Source: an uncultured Bacilli bacterium
GTDB taxonomy: Bacteria; Bacillota_I; Bacilli_A; RF39; UBA660
Length of the DNA stretch: 64,000 bases
Direction: 5' to 3'
Assembly (NCBI GenBank): GCA_947629445.1
Contig: CANRDU010000005.1
Span: 1,257-65,256 of the forward strand
This document shows, piece by piece, positions 9,368 to 17,672 of this stretch. The translations under genes were made by a program, and so were the position numbers. Position 1 is the first letter of the stretch. Every line of letters starts with the position of its first letter. The notes under the pieces were generated by a model. That model saw only the letters and a list, made by a program, of their open reading frames with translations. It had not been told where the DNA came from and did not search any database.

Positions 9368-10723
9368 ATGATGGAAGAATCACTCGAAGAAGCCAAAAAC
9401 TTAATTTATCAGAAAAATGTTTCATTAGCAGATTTGTTATATGCTAGAAATTTGTTAGTTACCTATGGAAAAGAAGATGCAGAGTCAGAAACTGTTTGGG
9501 GATTTTTATCATTGGCAGAAGCTAGAATTTTTGCAGAGTTGATTCAAGAAGGAAGTAGTGAAGTACACATTGAAGAAGGAAAAGAGCATTTTTATAGGGC
9601 GCTTAATTTGCAAAGAGATGCTACTCTTCCTCACTACGGATTATATCAGTTAGCGGTTTTAGAAGGCGATTATGAAGAAGCTCTTTATAGATTAAGTCAA
9701 TTTGATAGAAATGATCATTTTAATTTCTCTCTTTCTTACGCTTTACTAGGAGATTTAATAGGTCAATCATACACGAATAATCGTCCCGTAGGAGATTATA
9801 TTCAAAATGTTAATATTGGGTATCTTCCTATTCGTAGTAATTATCGATTAGCGACTTCGGCATTTCAAAATCAAGAATACGACCGAGTTGTTAAACACCT
9901 AGAAGTTTGTGAGATGCTTTCGAAAACAAAAAATATCTATGCAGATTTTGCTAGTGCAGTATCTATGGCAAAAAAAGTATATGAAAATCATTTAGAAGAA
10001 AAAAAACAAGCTTTAAAAACAAAATTTGCCCAAGATAGAGGAATCGGAAATCGGATGATGACAGCACAGCAATTATTACGATTAGATACGAAAGATGCGG
10101 AAAGTTTCTTCTATGTCATGGATGCTTATTTAGAACTGAAAGTATTTACACCATTGATAAATACTTGTGAGCATATTCATAAACTTTCTCTAACGAAATC
10201 TCAAGAAGAAACCGTTGCTTTATATGAAAGAATTATTGCTGAAAAACAAATTGAAGCAACTCATTTAAAAGATATGGAAACCTATAGACATCAGGGAGAA
10301 AGTTTCGTAAATAGTGGAAATATCATCGATGCGATTGATATTTATAGGGGAGCATATCAAAGAATAGGACATCCTATTTATCACCTAGAACAGGCAAAGT
10401 TATATTATCAGAGTGAAGATTATACCAATGCCCGTATTTATATTATAAAATATATGAAAGAGGGTTTTGTACACTATCAAGAGGCAGCAACTTTGCTATA
10501 TCAAATTTGTTATCAGGAAGGAAATAAAGAGGAAGCTATGCGTATTGCGGTAGACTGTTATCGTAAAATGAGAATGAAGGAAAAGGGTTGTGCTCTTACG
10601 GAATGGTTATATCAATTACGAAGTTTAGCAGATTCCGAAAGGAGTATGTTGGGGGGCACAAATTATGGAGAAATGCCTTATCAATATACATTGGTAGATA
10701 GAAATTCTAGTATTTCAGAGTAA
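9368..10723 (+). CDS. TPR-like helical-repeat protein, function unknown
   Basis: Strong RBS AAGGAGGTG. Tandem ATGs at 9368 and 9371. Repeated A/Y/L-rich helical pairs. No enzymatic motif. Confidence 0.55.
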   Translation: MMEESLEEAKNLIYQKNVSLADLLYARNLLVTYGKEDAESETVWGFLSLAEARIFAELIQEGSSEVHIEEGKEHFYRALNLQRDATLPHYGLYQLAVLEGDYEEALYRLSQFDRNDHFNFSLSYALLGDLIGQSYTNNRPVGDYIQNVNIGYLPIRSNYRLATSAFQNQEYDRVVKHLEVCEMLSKTKNIYADFASAVSMAKKVYENHLEEKKQALKTKFAQDRGIGNRMMTAQQLLRLDTKDAESFFYVMDAYLELKVFTPLINTCEHIHKLSLTKSQEETVALYERIIAEKQIEATHLKDMETYRHQGESFVNSGNIIDAIDIYRGAYQRIGHPIYHLEQAKLYYQSEDYTNARIYIIKYMKEGFVHYQEAATLLYQICYQEGNKEEAMRIAVDCYRKMRMKEKGCALTEWLYQLRSLADSERSMLGGTNYGEMPYQYTLVDRNSSISE

Positions 10724-10776
10724 AAAAACACCTGAAAGTGAATCTTTATAAATTCACTCCAAGGTGTCTTTTTTAT
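10722..10776. terminator. bidirectional terminator (nested stems)
   Basis: ACACCT/AGGTGT and AGTGAAT/ATTCACT stems flanked by an A-run and a T-run. Confidence 0.7.
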
Positions 10777-13112
10777 TTCCAAACCCATTCTCTAACTTCT
10801 TTTAGGTCTTCTCCATATTCTTCGATATAGTGCTTATGCTCAATTAGTTTTTCTTGCATTTCTTGAATAATATAAGCACATTCTCCTTCTATTTTAGGAA
10901 CTCGTCTTACAATATCCATAACAAGGTGATATCTATCAATATGATTTTGGACACGCATATCAAATGGTGTCGTAATAGTACCTTCTTCAATATATCCTCT
11001 TACATGTAAATCTCTGTTGTTACGGTAATAGAGAAGTTCGTGAATTAAAGAAGGATAACCATGATAGGCAAATACAATTGGCTTATCGGTTGTAAATAAT
11101 TCATCATATTCTTGATCACTTAGACCATGCGGATGTTTAGATTGAGGTTGTAATTTCATTAAATCAACTACATTGATTAATCGAACTTTAATATCGATTT
11201 TCTTTTCTTTTAAAATAGTAATAGCAGCGAGGGCTTCTAAAGTTGGCGTATCTCCAGCACACGCAAGAACGACATCTGGTTCTCCACCATTATCGGTACT
11301 AGCCCATTTCCAAATACTAATTCCTTGTGTACAATGTTTAATTGCTTCATCCATTGTTAGCCACTGCGGTCTAGGATGTTTAGAAGTAACCATTACATTG
11401 ATATAGTTTCTACTTCGGATACAGTGATCAAAAACGGATAGTAAACAGTTTGTGTCGGGAGGAAGATAAATCCTTACAATATCAGCTTTTTTGGTAGCCA
11501 TATGGTCTAGGAAACCAGGATCTTGGTGCGTAAATCCATTGTGATCTTGTTGCCATACATTGGACGATAATAGATAATTTAAAGAAGCGATACTCTGTCG
11601 CCAAGGTAGTTCACTAGTTACTTTTAGCCATTTAGCATGTTGACTTGCCATAGAATCGATAATTCGAATGAAAGCTTCATAACTAGCAAATACACCGTGT
11701 CTACCCGTTAAAAGATATCCTTCTAACCATCCTTCACACATATGCTCACTAAGCATAGAATCCATTACTCTTCCGTCGCTAGCTAAAAATTCATCATTAT
11801 CAAATTTGGTAGCATTCCAAGCACGATTTGTTTTTTCAAATACTTTTGATAAACGGTTAGACATTGTTTCATCTGGACCAAAAATACGGAAGTTTTTATT
11901 TTCTTCATTGAGCGCAAAAATATCTCTAATAAATCCTCCAAGTTCTAACATATCTTGTGCTTCTATTTCACCAGGCTTCTTAAAGTCAAGAGCATAATCT
12001 TTAAAATCCGGTAATCGTAAATCTTTTAGTAATAATCCTCCATTCGCATGAGGATTAGCACCCATTCTTCTGTTCCCTTTAGGCGGAAAATTTTGTAGTC
12101 TTTCGATAAGGGTTCCATTTTCATCAAAGTAATCTTCTGGGTGATAACTTTTTAACCACTCTTCAATCATTTTTACGTGACTTTCTTTTTCCATAGAGAT
12201 AGGTACTTGATGGGCTCTAAAAGTTCCTTCAATTTCTTTATCATCGACAAATTTAGGACCAGTCCATCCTTTTTTAGACCGAAAAATAATCATAGGATAA
12301 AATGGTCTTCGATCATCATCCAACATTCTAGCATGTTTCCAAATACTTCCAATTTCAAGAACAATTCTATCGAGAGTATGTGCCATTAATTGATGCATTT
12401 CTACAATGTCATCTGCTTCAACAAAGTAAGGATGCCATCCACAGCCTTCAAAAAAACGAGCGAGTTCTTGCTTTGAAATTCTAGAAAAAATAGTAGGGTT
12501 ACTAATTTTATAGCCGTTTAAATGTAAGATGGGAAGGACAATTCCATCTTTTTTGGGATTCAAGAATTTATTAGAATGCCAAGCGGTTGCTAATGGACCC
12601 GTTTCGGCTTCTCCATCGCCAATGACACATGCAGCAATTAAATTAGGATTATCAAATACGGCTCCAAAAGCATGAGCGAGGGAATATCCTAATTCACCAC
12701 CTTCATTAATAGAACCCGGAGTTTCTGGGGCAACATGACTGGAAATTCCCCCAGGAAAAGAAAATTGCTTGAAAAGTTTTTTCATTCCTTCTTTATCTCT
12801 ACTAATATTTGGGTATATTTCACTATAGGTTCCGTCTAAATAATTTTGGGCAACCATGGCATTCCCACCATGTCCAGGACCAGAAATATAAATCATATTT
12901 AAATCATTTTTTTTAATAATACGATTTAAATGGGTATAAATAAAGTTTTGACCCGGAACCGTTCCCCAATGACCTACTATTTTCTTTTTGATATGTTCTC
13001 TTTTTAGAGGTTCTTCTAGTAGGGGGTTATCTAGTAAGTATAGTTGTCCTAGTGCTAAATAATTGGAAGCATTCCAATAATCATTTAGGGTTTTTAATTC
13101 TGTAAAATCCAT
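10773..13112 (-). CDS. xfp: xylulose-5-phosphate/fructose-6-phosphate phosphoketolase
   Basis: Signature N-terminus ([39 protein letters not shown]), EGGELGY, ThDP-type GDGEAETGP. About 780 aa. Confidence 0.95.
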   Translation of the reverse strand: MDFTELKTLNDYWNASNYLALGQLYLLDNPLLEEPLKREHIKKKIVGHWGTVPGQNFIYTHLNRIIKKNDLNMIYISGPGHGGNAMVAQNYLDGTYSEIYPNISRDKEGMKKLFKQFSFPGGISSHVAPETPGSINEGGELGYSLAHAFGAVFDNPNLIAACVIGDGEAETGPLATAWHSNKFLNPKKDGIVLPILHLNGYKISNPTIFSRISKQELARFFEGCGWHPYFVEADDIVEMHQLMAHTLDRIVLEIGSIWKHARMLDDDRRPFYPMIIFRSKKGWTGPKFVDDKEIEGTFRAHQVPISMEKESHVKMIEEWLKSYHPEDYFDENGTLIERLQNFPPKGNRRMGANPHANGGLLLKDLRLPDFKDYALDFKKPGEIEAQDMLELGGFIRDIFALNEENKNFRIFGPDETMSNRLSKVFEKTNRAWNATKFDNDEFLASDGRVMDSMLSEHMCEGWLEGYLLTGRHGVFASYEAFIRIIDSMASQHAKWLKVTSELPWRQSIASLNYLLSSNVWQQDHNGFTHQDPGFLDHMATKKADIVRIYLPPDTNCLLSVFDHCIRSRNYINVMVTSKHPRPQWLTMDEAIKHCTQGISIWKWASTDNGGEPDVVLACAGDTPTLEALAAITILKEKKIDIKVRLINVVDLMKLQPQSKHPHGLSDQEYDELFTTDKPIVFAYHGYPSLIHELLYYRNNRDLHVRGYIEEGTITTPFDMRVQNHIDRYHLVMDIVRRVPKIEGECAYIIQEMQEKLIEHKHYIEEYGEDLKEVREWVWK

Positions 13113-13217
13113 AAAACCGCCTCTCTATTCTCATTAATATTTTACTATAAAAGTGTGTATTTATCAACGAGAAAGCATTTTTTAAACATTTTTTTCATAG
13201 GTTGTAGTGGTGATAAA

Positions 13218-13706
13218 ATGAACTGTCGAGTAGAAAAGCCTTATCCTGTTATACAAGTAGAAAAAGAAAATGTAGAATATGCCAAAATTTTATTGGAAGA
13301 TTATGCAGGAGAAGGAGGAGAAGATACTGCTATTCATGAATATTTGTATCAGAGTATTACCCAAGTAGAAATTACCAATACTTTGAAAGAAATTGCTATT
13401 GTAGAAATGCATCATTTGCGGATATTAGGAGAACTAATTTGGAAGTTAGGATATCCGCCATCCTTTTATACGATTGATAGTAATATTGGCTGTTATTTAC
13501 CATGGACGAGTTCTTATTTGAATTATTCACTCGATATTCATGAAGTTATAATGGAAGATATTGAAAGGGAAAGAAAAACTATTCAACGATATCAAAAACA
13601 TATTGAGATGATTGGTGATCACTATATTCAAGATATCCTAACAAGAATCATAGAAGATGAACAAATGCACATCACTTGTCTCCTTAAAATATGTGAAGAG
13701 TTGTAA
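13218..13706 (+). CDS. ferritin-like / Mn-catalase-family (CotJC-like) protein
   Basis: CotJC-like N-terminus (EKPYPVIQVEKENVEYAKILLEDYAGEGGE) and paired E..H metal motifs (EMHHL, EDEQMH). ATG 13218 has a GGTGAT RBS. Confidence 0.55.
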   Translation: MNCRVEKPYPVIQVEKENVEYAKILLEDYAGEGGEDTAIHEYLYQSITQVEITNTLKEIAIVEMHHLRILGELIWKLGYPPSFYTIDSNIGCYLPWTSSYLNYSLDIHEVIMEDIERERKTIQRYQKHIEMIGDHYIQDILTRIIEDEQMHITCLLKICEEL

Positions 13707-13731
13707 ATTTTTATAAAATTAATCTTGATGT

Positions 13732-13757
13732 CGAATCAATTATTTTGATTCTTTTTT
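13732..13757 (+). terminator. intrinsic terminator
   Basis: GAATCAA / TTGATTC stem followed by T7. Confidence 0.6.
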
Positions 13758-13809
13758 TGTATATTTTCTAAAAATTTATCCCAGTATAAAAATAGAAAGG
13801 AATGATGTT

Positions 13810-14025
13810 ATGAATACAGTACCAGCCATGGTATCTACGAAAGATTTATCATATTTAGAAGATATGATGAATTGGAATTTTACACTCTCTAAAAAGGCTA
13901 ATCATTATAGTACAGAAGTAACGGATGTTGTATTGAAAGAGGCATTTTCTAATTTAGCTACTACTTTAAAAAAACATTACCAAGAATTGTTAGATGCTTT
14001 ATACACAGGAGGTTCCAATGAATAA
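13810..14025 (+). CDS. small hypothetical protein, partner of the CotF-like gene
   Basis: 71-aa ORF. Its stop overlaps the start of the next gene within ATGAATAA. Confidence 0.5.
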   Translation: MNTVPAMVSTKDLSYLEDMMNWNFTLSKKANHYSTEVTDVVLKEAFSNLATTLKKHYQELLDALYTGGSNE

Positions 14026-14332
14026 TAATACTGTATCAAATCCTAAAGTAGAAGTTCCACAAACCGTATCTATGAATGATCAAGATTATCTAAATGATTT
14101 ATTAGAATGTTTAAAAAATATGGTAAATAATTATTCTTATGCTTTAAATGAAATGAGTAATCATGAATTATATGATAAGATTAAACCTATTTTTGATAAG
14201 ACTTCACAATTACAAAGATTATTTTTTGATTATGCCTTTCAAAGAGGATGGTATGAATTAGAAAAGGCAGAAGCTACTAAGATTACGCAGGCTTATCAGA
14301 AATTTAATGGTAAGGTAAATGAAATGGTTTAA
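14018..14332 (+). CDS. Coat F domain (CotF-like) spore coat protein
   Basis: DQDYLNDLLECLKNMVNNYSYALNEMSNHELYDKI matches the Coat F helix pattern. AGGAGG lies 6 nt before the ATG at 14018. Confidence 0.6.
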   Translation: MNNNTVSNPKVEVPQTVSMNDQDYLNDLLECLKNMVNNYSYALNEMSNHELYDKIKPIFDKTSQLQRLFFDYAFQRGWYELEKAEATKITQAYQKFNGKVNEMV

Positions 14333-14335
14333 AAA

Positions 14336-14357
14336 AGACGCTTTATGCGTCTATTTT
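14336..14357. terminator. bidirectional terminator
   Basis: AGACGC / GCGTCT stem with loop TTTAT, flanked by an A-run and a T-run. Confidence 0.6.
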
Positions 14358-14851
14358 TCGTTATTACCAAGTAGAGGACAAGAATATTCCGATAATAATT
14401 GATTGACCTCCATAATATTGTAAATATGTTCTTGGATACAAAAACGAATAATTAAATCAAAAATCGTATTCTTAGGAAGGGAAAAAGAGGCTTTGGTCAG
14501 TAGTTTTTCAAACTCTGAAGTTGTTAATTCTAAAGCTAGTCCTAAAGCAATAACGGTTTCTTTACTGGGATGATAATTTTCATTTCTTATTTTTGAGAAA
14601 AGTCTTCTATCTATATGTGCTTTATGGTATAAGTCAGAATCTTTCCATCCTTTTTGATCAATTAAAGAAAATAAGTAGGAGGAAAAAGAGTCCTCTTTTG
14701 CTTGATTGATAAAATCCTTTACGGATGACTTTGTTGTCACAGCTTTCTTATAAGCGAAGGTATTAAATTCATCATATAATATGTTTTTTTCTTCTTGTAA
14801 ATATTCTAAGTTTTCCTGTATATATAATCTTAATTTCTTTTGAATATCCAT
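14351..14851 (-). CDS. putative HTH-domain protein
   Basis: C-terminal XRE-like segment HIDRRLFSKIRNENYHPSKETVIALGLALELTTSEFEKLL. RBS AAGGAGA upstream. Confidence 0.5.
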   Translation of the reverse strand: MDIQKKLRLYIQENLEYLQEEKNILYDEFNTFAYKKAVTTKSSVKDFINQAKEDSFSSYLFSLIDQKGWKDSDLYHKAHIDRRLFSKIRNENYHPSKETVIALGLALELTTSEFEKLLTKASFSLPKNTIFDLIIRFCIQEHIYNIMEVNQLLSEYSCPLLGNNEK

Positions 14852-14924
14852 AAAAATGTCTCCTTCTAAGCGACCAAATAAAGTGGTTTTTCTTATATCA
14901 TTATAACATGAAAGGAAGGATTAT

Positions 14925-15515
14925 ATGAAAAAGAAAACAGAAATCGTCTTCTTGCTAGATAGAAGTGGTTCGATGGCGGGATTAGAAAGTGATACGATAG
15001 GAGGATACAATCATTTTATAGAGGAACAGAAAAAAATAAAAGGGGAAGTAAATTTAACAACTGTGTTATTTGATAATAAATATGAGCTCCTTCATGATGG
15101 GGAAGATATTCAAAAAGTAAAACCAATTACTGAAAAAGAATATTTTGTAAGAGGCACAACTGCTCTTATGGATGCTATTGGATTGACCATTACAAAGATT
15201 CAAAAAAGAGCAAAGAATAAGAAAGTCATTTTTGTTATTACTACAGACGGTATTGAAAATGCTTCTAAGGAGTATACTAAAGCAAAAATTAAGACTATGA
15301 TTTCCTCATTAAAAGAGTGGGAGTTTATTTATTTAGGCGCTAACATAGATGCTTATGCAGAGGGAATGTCTATTGGAATTTCTCAAAAAAATATTGCCAA
15401 TTACCAAGCAGACAAAACTTGTACGAAAAAGATGTACTCTTGTATTTCTAAAGCAGTAACTACTCTAGCCAATGATAATTCTTTGGAAGATAGTTGGAAA
15501 CAAGAATTAGAATAA
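14925..15515 (+). CDS. cytoplasmic von Willebrand factor A (vWA) domain protein, TerY-like size
   Basis: MIDAS DxSxS motif in VFLLDRSGSM, plus GTTALMDA and ITTDGIEN. No signal peptide. 196 aa. Confidence 0.8.
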   Translation: MKKKTEIVFLLDRSGSMAGLESDTIGGYNHFIEEQKKIKGEVNLTTVLFDNKYELLHDGEDIQKVKPITEKEYFVRGTTALMDAIGLTITKIQKRAKNKKVIFVITTDGIENASKEYTKAKIKTMISSLKEWEFIYLGANIDAYAEGMSIGISQKNIANYQADKTCTKKMYSCISKAVTTLANDNSLEDSWKQELE

Positions 15516-15523
15516 ATATTTTT

Positions 15524-15552
15524 AAAGATAGTATAAATGTACTATCTTTTTT
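15524..15552 (+). terminator. intrinsic terminator of the vWA gene
   Basis: 10-bp stem AAAGATAGTA / TACTATCTTT with loop TAAATG, followed by a T-run. Confidence 0.75.
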
Positions 15553-15560
15553 GTTATAAT
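15552..15560 (+). promoter_or_regulatory. extended -10 element (TGTTATAAT) upstream of the RT leader
   Basis: TGn-TATAAT immediately after the vWA terminator. No good -35, as is usual for extended -10 promoters. Confidence 0.5.
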
Positions 15561-15566
15561 AAAACT

Positions 15567-15705
15567 GGAAGAGATGTGGAAACACTACTTGCAGCGGGTT
15601 CAGTATATTGCACAAAAATAGGTCTTGCAAGTGACGCAATATATATAATCCTGTCATTAATCGTTACACGATTATTCAATCAGTTCTCTTCCTTGGTGGT
15701 GAGGT
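15567..15705 (+). ncRNA. candidate structured leader / RT-associated ncRNA (hypothetical)
   Basis: Stems ACTTGCA/TGCAAGT (15587-93 / 15626-32) and ATATTGC/GCAATAT (15605-11 / 15636-42) are interleaved. Hairpin TAATCGT-TAC-ACGATTA at 15658-15674. The extent assumes a TSS just after the -10. Confidence 0.3.
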
Positions 15706-16893
15706 ATGTCTGTTTTAAACAGGTTAATAGATGAAGATGCTTGGAATTCTTTTTTACAGTATAAAGAAAGCCAGTATGTACCAGAAAAAGAATGGCAAAA
15801 ACTAAAAGACTACATTCAAAATAAAAAATATTTAAAAATTGCTCAAAAAATCGTTGATGAAAATTATACATTTTCTATTCCTAATAAAAAGATCATTAAT
15901 AAAAATGGTTCCTATAAAAAAAGAATTGTTTATTCTTATTCGGAAGAAGAAACATTGATATTAAAAATGATTCACTATTTATTTTTTGAATATGATAGTT
16001 TATTAGCGCCCAACTGTTATTCTTTTCGAAAAAATATTGGTCCGAAACAAGCTTTTAAACAAGTTACCAAGGGTGTAAAAGGTTATGGATATAAGGTAGA
16101 TATCCATAACTATTTTAATAGTATTTCCGTTTCAAAATTATTAAATATCTTACAAGAAGAAGTTGATAGAAAAGATTATAATTTTTTAAAAAAGATATTA
16201 GAAAATAAAAAAGTTTTGTATAAAGGAGAAGTCACAGAGGAAGAAAAAGGGGTTATGGCAGGAACTCCTATCTCTTGCTTTTTATCCAATTTGTATCTAT
16301 CGAAACTAGACTTTGCTATGCAAGATGTTTGTTATGCAAGATATGCAGACGACATCATTATTTTTGCACCGACGCAAGAAGAATTAACGGATAAGATAAA
16401 ATATATGCATCATTACTTTGCTAGTTTAGATTTGGTAATTAATCCAGACAAGGAGTGTTATATTACTCCAGGAGAACCCTTTGAATTTTTAGGATTTTCT
16501 TATTACCATAAGGTAATAGATTTATCTTCTCATGCTAAGAAAAAAATGAAAGCGAAAATAAGGAGAAAAGCGAAGGCTTTAAGAAGATGGATGTTGCGCA
16601 AAAATCTTTCAAGTGATAAAGCAATTAAGGCTATGAATAATATTTTTAATTATAAATTTTTTTATGAGAAAAAAGGAAAAGAATTAAACTGGAGTATTTG
16701 GTATTTTCCAATATTAACAACGGATAAGGGATTAAGAGAAATTGATCATTATTTCCAAGAACAGTTACGGTATATAAAAACAGGTAATCATCACTTTTCT
16801 AATATGGGGAAAGTTCCTTATTCCTATTTGAAAGAATTAGGATATAGAAGCCTTGTACATGAGTATTATCAATTTCAAAAACATAGGGGATAG
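15706..16893 (+). CDS. reverse transcriptase (RNA-directed DNA polymerase); free-standing, group-II-intron-like fingers/palm plus basic thumb
   Basis: RT motifs in order: KKRIVYSYSEEETLILKMI, CYSFRKNIGPKQA, YKVDIHNYFNSI, GVMAGTPISCFLSNLYL, YARYADDIIIFA (YADD at nt 16342-16353), LVINPDKE, FEFLGFSY, then KKKMKAKIRRKAKALRRW. SD-like GGTGGTGAGG upstream. Confidence 0.9.
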   Translation: MSVLNRLIDEDAWNSFLQYKESQYVPEKEWQKLKDYIQNKKYLKIAQKIVDENYTFSIPNKKIINKNGSYKKRIVYSYSEEETLILKMIHYLFFEYDSLLAPNCYSFRKNIGPKQAFKQVTKGVKGYGYKVDIHNYFNSISVSKLLNILQEEVDRKDYNFLKKILENKKVLYKGEVTEEEKGVMAGTPISCFLSNLYLSKLDFAMQDVCYARYADDIIIFAPTQEELTDKIKYMHHYFASLDLVINPDKECYITPGEPFEFLGFSYYHKVIDLSSHAKKKMKAKIRRKAKALRRWMLRKNLSSDKAIKAMNNIFNYKFFYEKKGKELNWSIWYFPILTTDKGLREIDHYFQEQLRYIKTGNHHFSNMGKVPYSYLKELGYRSLVHEYYQFQKHRG

Positions 16894-16898
16894 CTGTT

Positions 16899-16927
16899 TT
16901 GACATCCTCTTTTTCTTATGATAAAAT
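16899..16927 (+). promoter_or_regulatory. near-consensus promoter between the RT gene and the next gene
   Basis: TTGACA (16899-16904), 17-nt spacer ending in TGA, TAAAAT (16922-16927). Confidence 0.55.
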
Positions 16928-16953
16928 AGGCGACTGTTAAGGGGGAATTTATA

Positions 16954-17670
16954 ATGAAAATATCATCAAAAGACAATTATAAATATTTAAAGGCAGTGGC
17001 AGAATATTTAAGAAAATATAAAAGTGGATATTCTAAGGAAGCACAATACTATATTCGTGATCATTTTTTCCATCCAGAGTCAGCTCGTAAAACACCAGAT
17101 TTAATGATGCAGATATATGCAGAGTGCGATATGTTACCAGAAGAGGAAAATTGGTATTTAGGTTTTTCCAAAATGATTGGAGAGCGTTATGGTTGGGATT
17201 ACCGTGTATTAGAGGTAGGAGGCGGATTTTTTCCAGCTTTTGCAAAATATATGGATGAAGGACAACGAGCACATGGTGCGAGAGGAACTATCACGACTTA
17301 TGATCCTAGATTAGTAACGACTAAATTAGGTGGTATTACTCTAAAAAAAGAGGAGTTCACAAGAGCAACAAATATAGAATCTTACGATATTTTAGTAGGA
17401 ATTATGCCATGTCAATTAACGAGATTAATTATTGATAAGGCAACAGAAGCTCATAAAGAATTTTTTATTGCTATGTGTGGGTGTACACATTTTACAAAGC
17501 AGGAATTACAGGAAAGATATCAAGGTATGAGAAATCCATTTTATAGTGAATGGGTTGATGAGGTTTATGATTATGCTTATGAAAAAGCCCATGATGAGTT
17601 TTTGGTTCGTTTAGAAGATTGTTCTCAATATTCTTTTCCATATCCTGTTGTTAGTACAAAGAAAAAGTAG
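16954..17670 (+). CDS. hypothetical protein with Rossmann/class-I-methyltransferase-like core (UPF0146-like)
   Basis: VLEVGGGFFPAFAKYM (G-rich loop after a beta strand), TTYDPRL, YDILVGIMPCQLTRLIIDKA...FFIAMCG. RBS AAGGGGGA upstream. Family assignment is from memory. Confidence 0.45.
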   Translation: MKISSKDNYKYLKAVAEYLRKYKSGYSKEAQYYIRDHFFHPESARKTPDLMMQIYAECDMLPEEENWYLGFSKMIGERYGWDYRVLEVGGGFFPAFAKYMDEGQRAHGARGTITTYDPRLVTTKLGGITLKKEEFTRATNIESYDILVGIMPCQLTRLIIDKATEAHKEFFIAMCGCTHFTKQELQERYQGMRNPFYSEWVDEVYDYAYEKAHDEFLVRLEDCSQYSFPYPVVSTKKK

Positions 17671-17672
17671 GA

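Noticed and set aside
2471-15515. PP2C (2.5-3.3 kb) plus vWA (14.9 kb) as a TerY-phosphorylation-type triad
   Set aside because: The genes are 11 kb apart and separated by unrelated housekeeping genes (rnr, xfp). No Ser/Thr kinase or FHA gene is present in the window.
15537-15734. 65-aa plus-strand ORF spanning the RT leader. The same applies to the minus-strand ORFs 15460-15657 and 15680-15871.
   Set aside because: Rejected as conventional protein genes. The 15537 ATG lies inside the vWA terminator hairpin, upstream of the only plausible -10. There is no RBS. The minus ORFs run antisense through the terminator and into the vWA and RT coding sequence. The openness of the frames is kept as an observation in the leader finding.
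15516-16953. Group II intron, retron or DGR interpretation of the RT
   Set aside because: - Group II intron: no GUGYG 5' boundary, no domain V-like hairpin after the ORF, no endonuclease domain.
- Retron: motif 7 is FLGF rather than the retron VTG.
- DGR: no TR/VR near-repeat pair and no SQ-type motif 5.
All of these judgements were made by eye, so they remain to be confirmed with covariance models.
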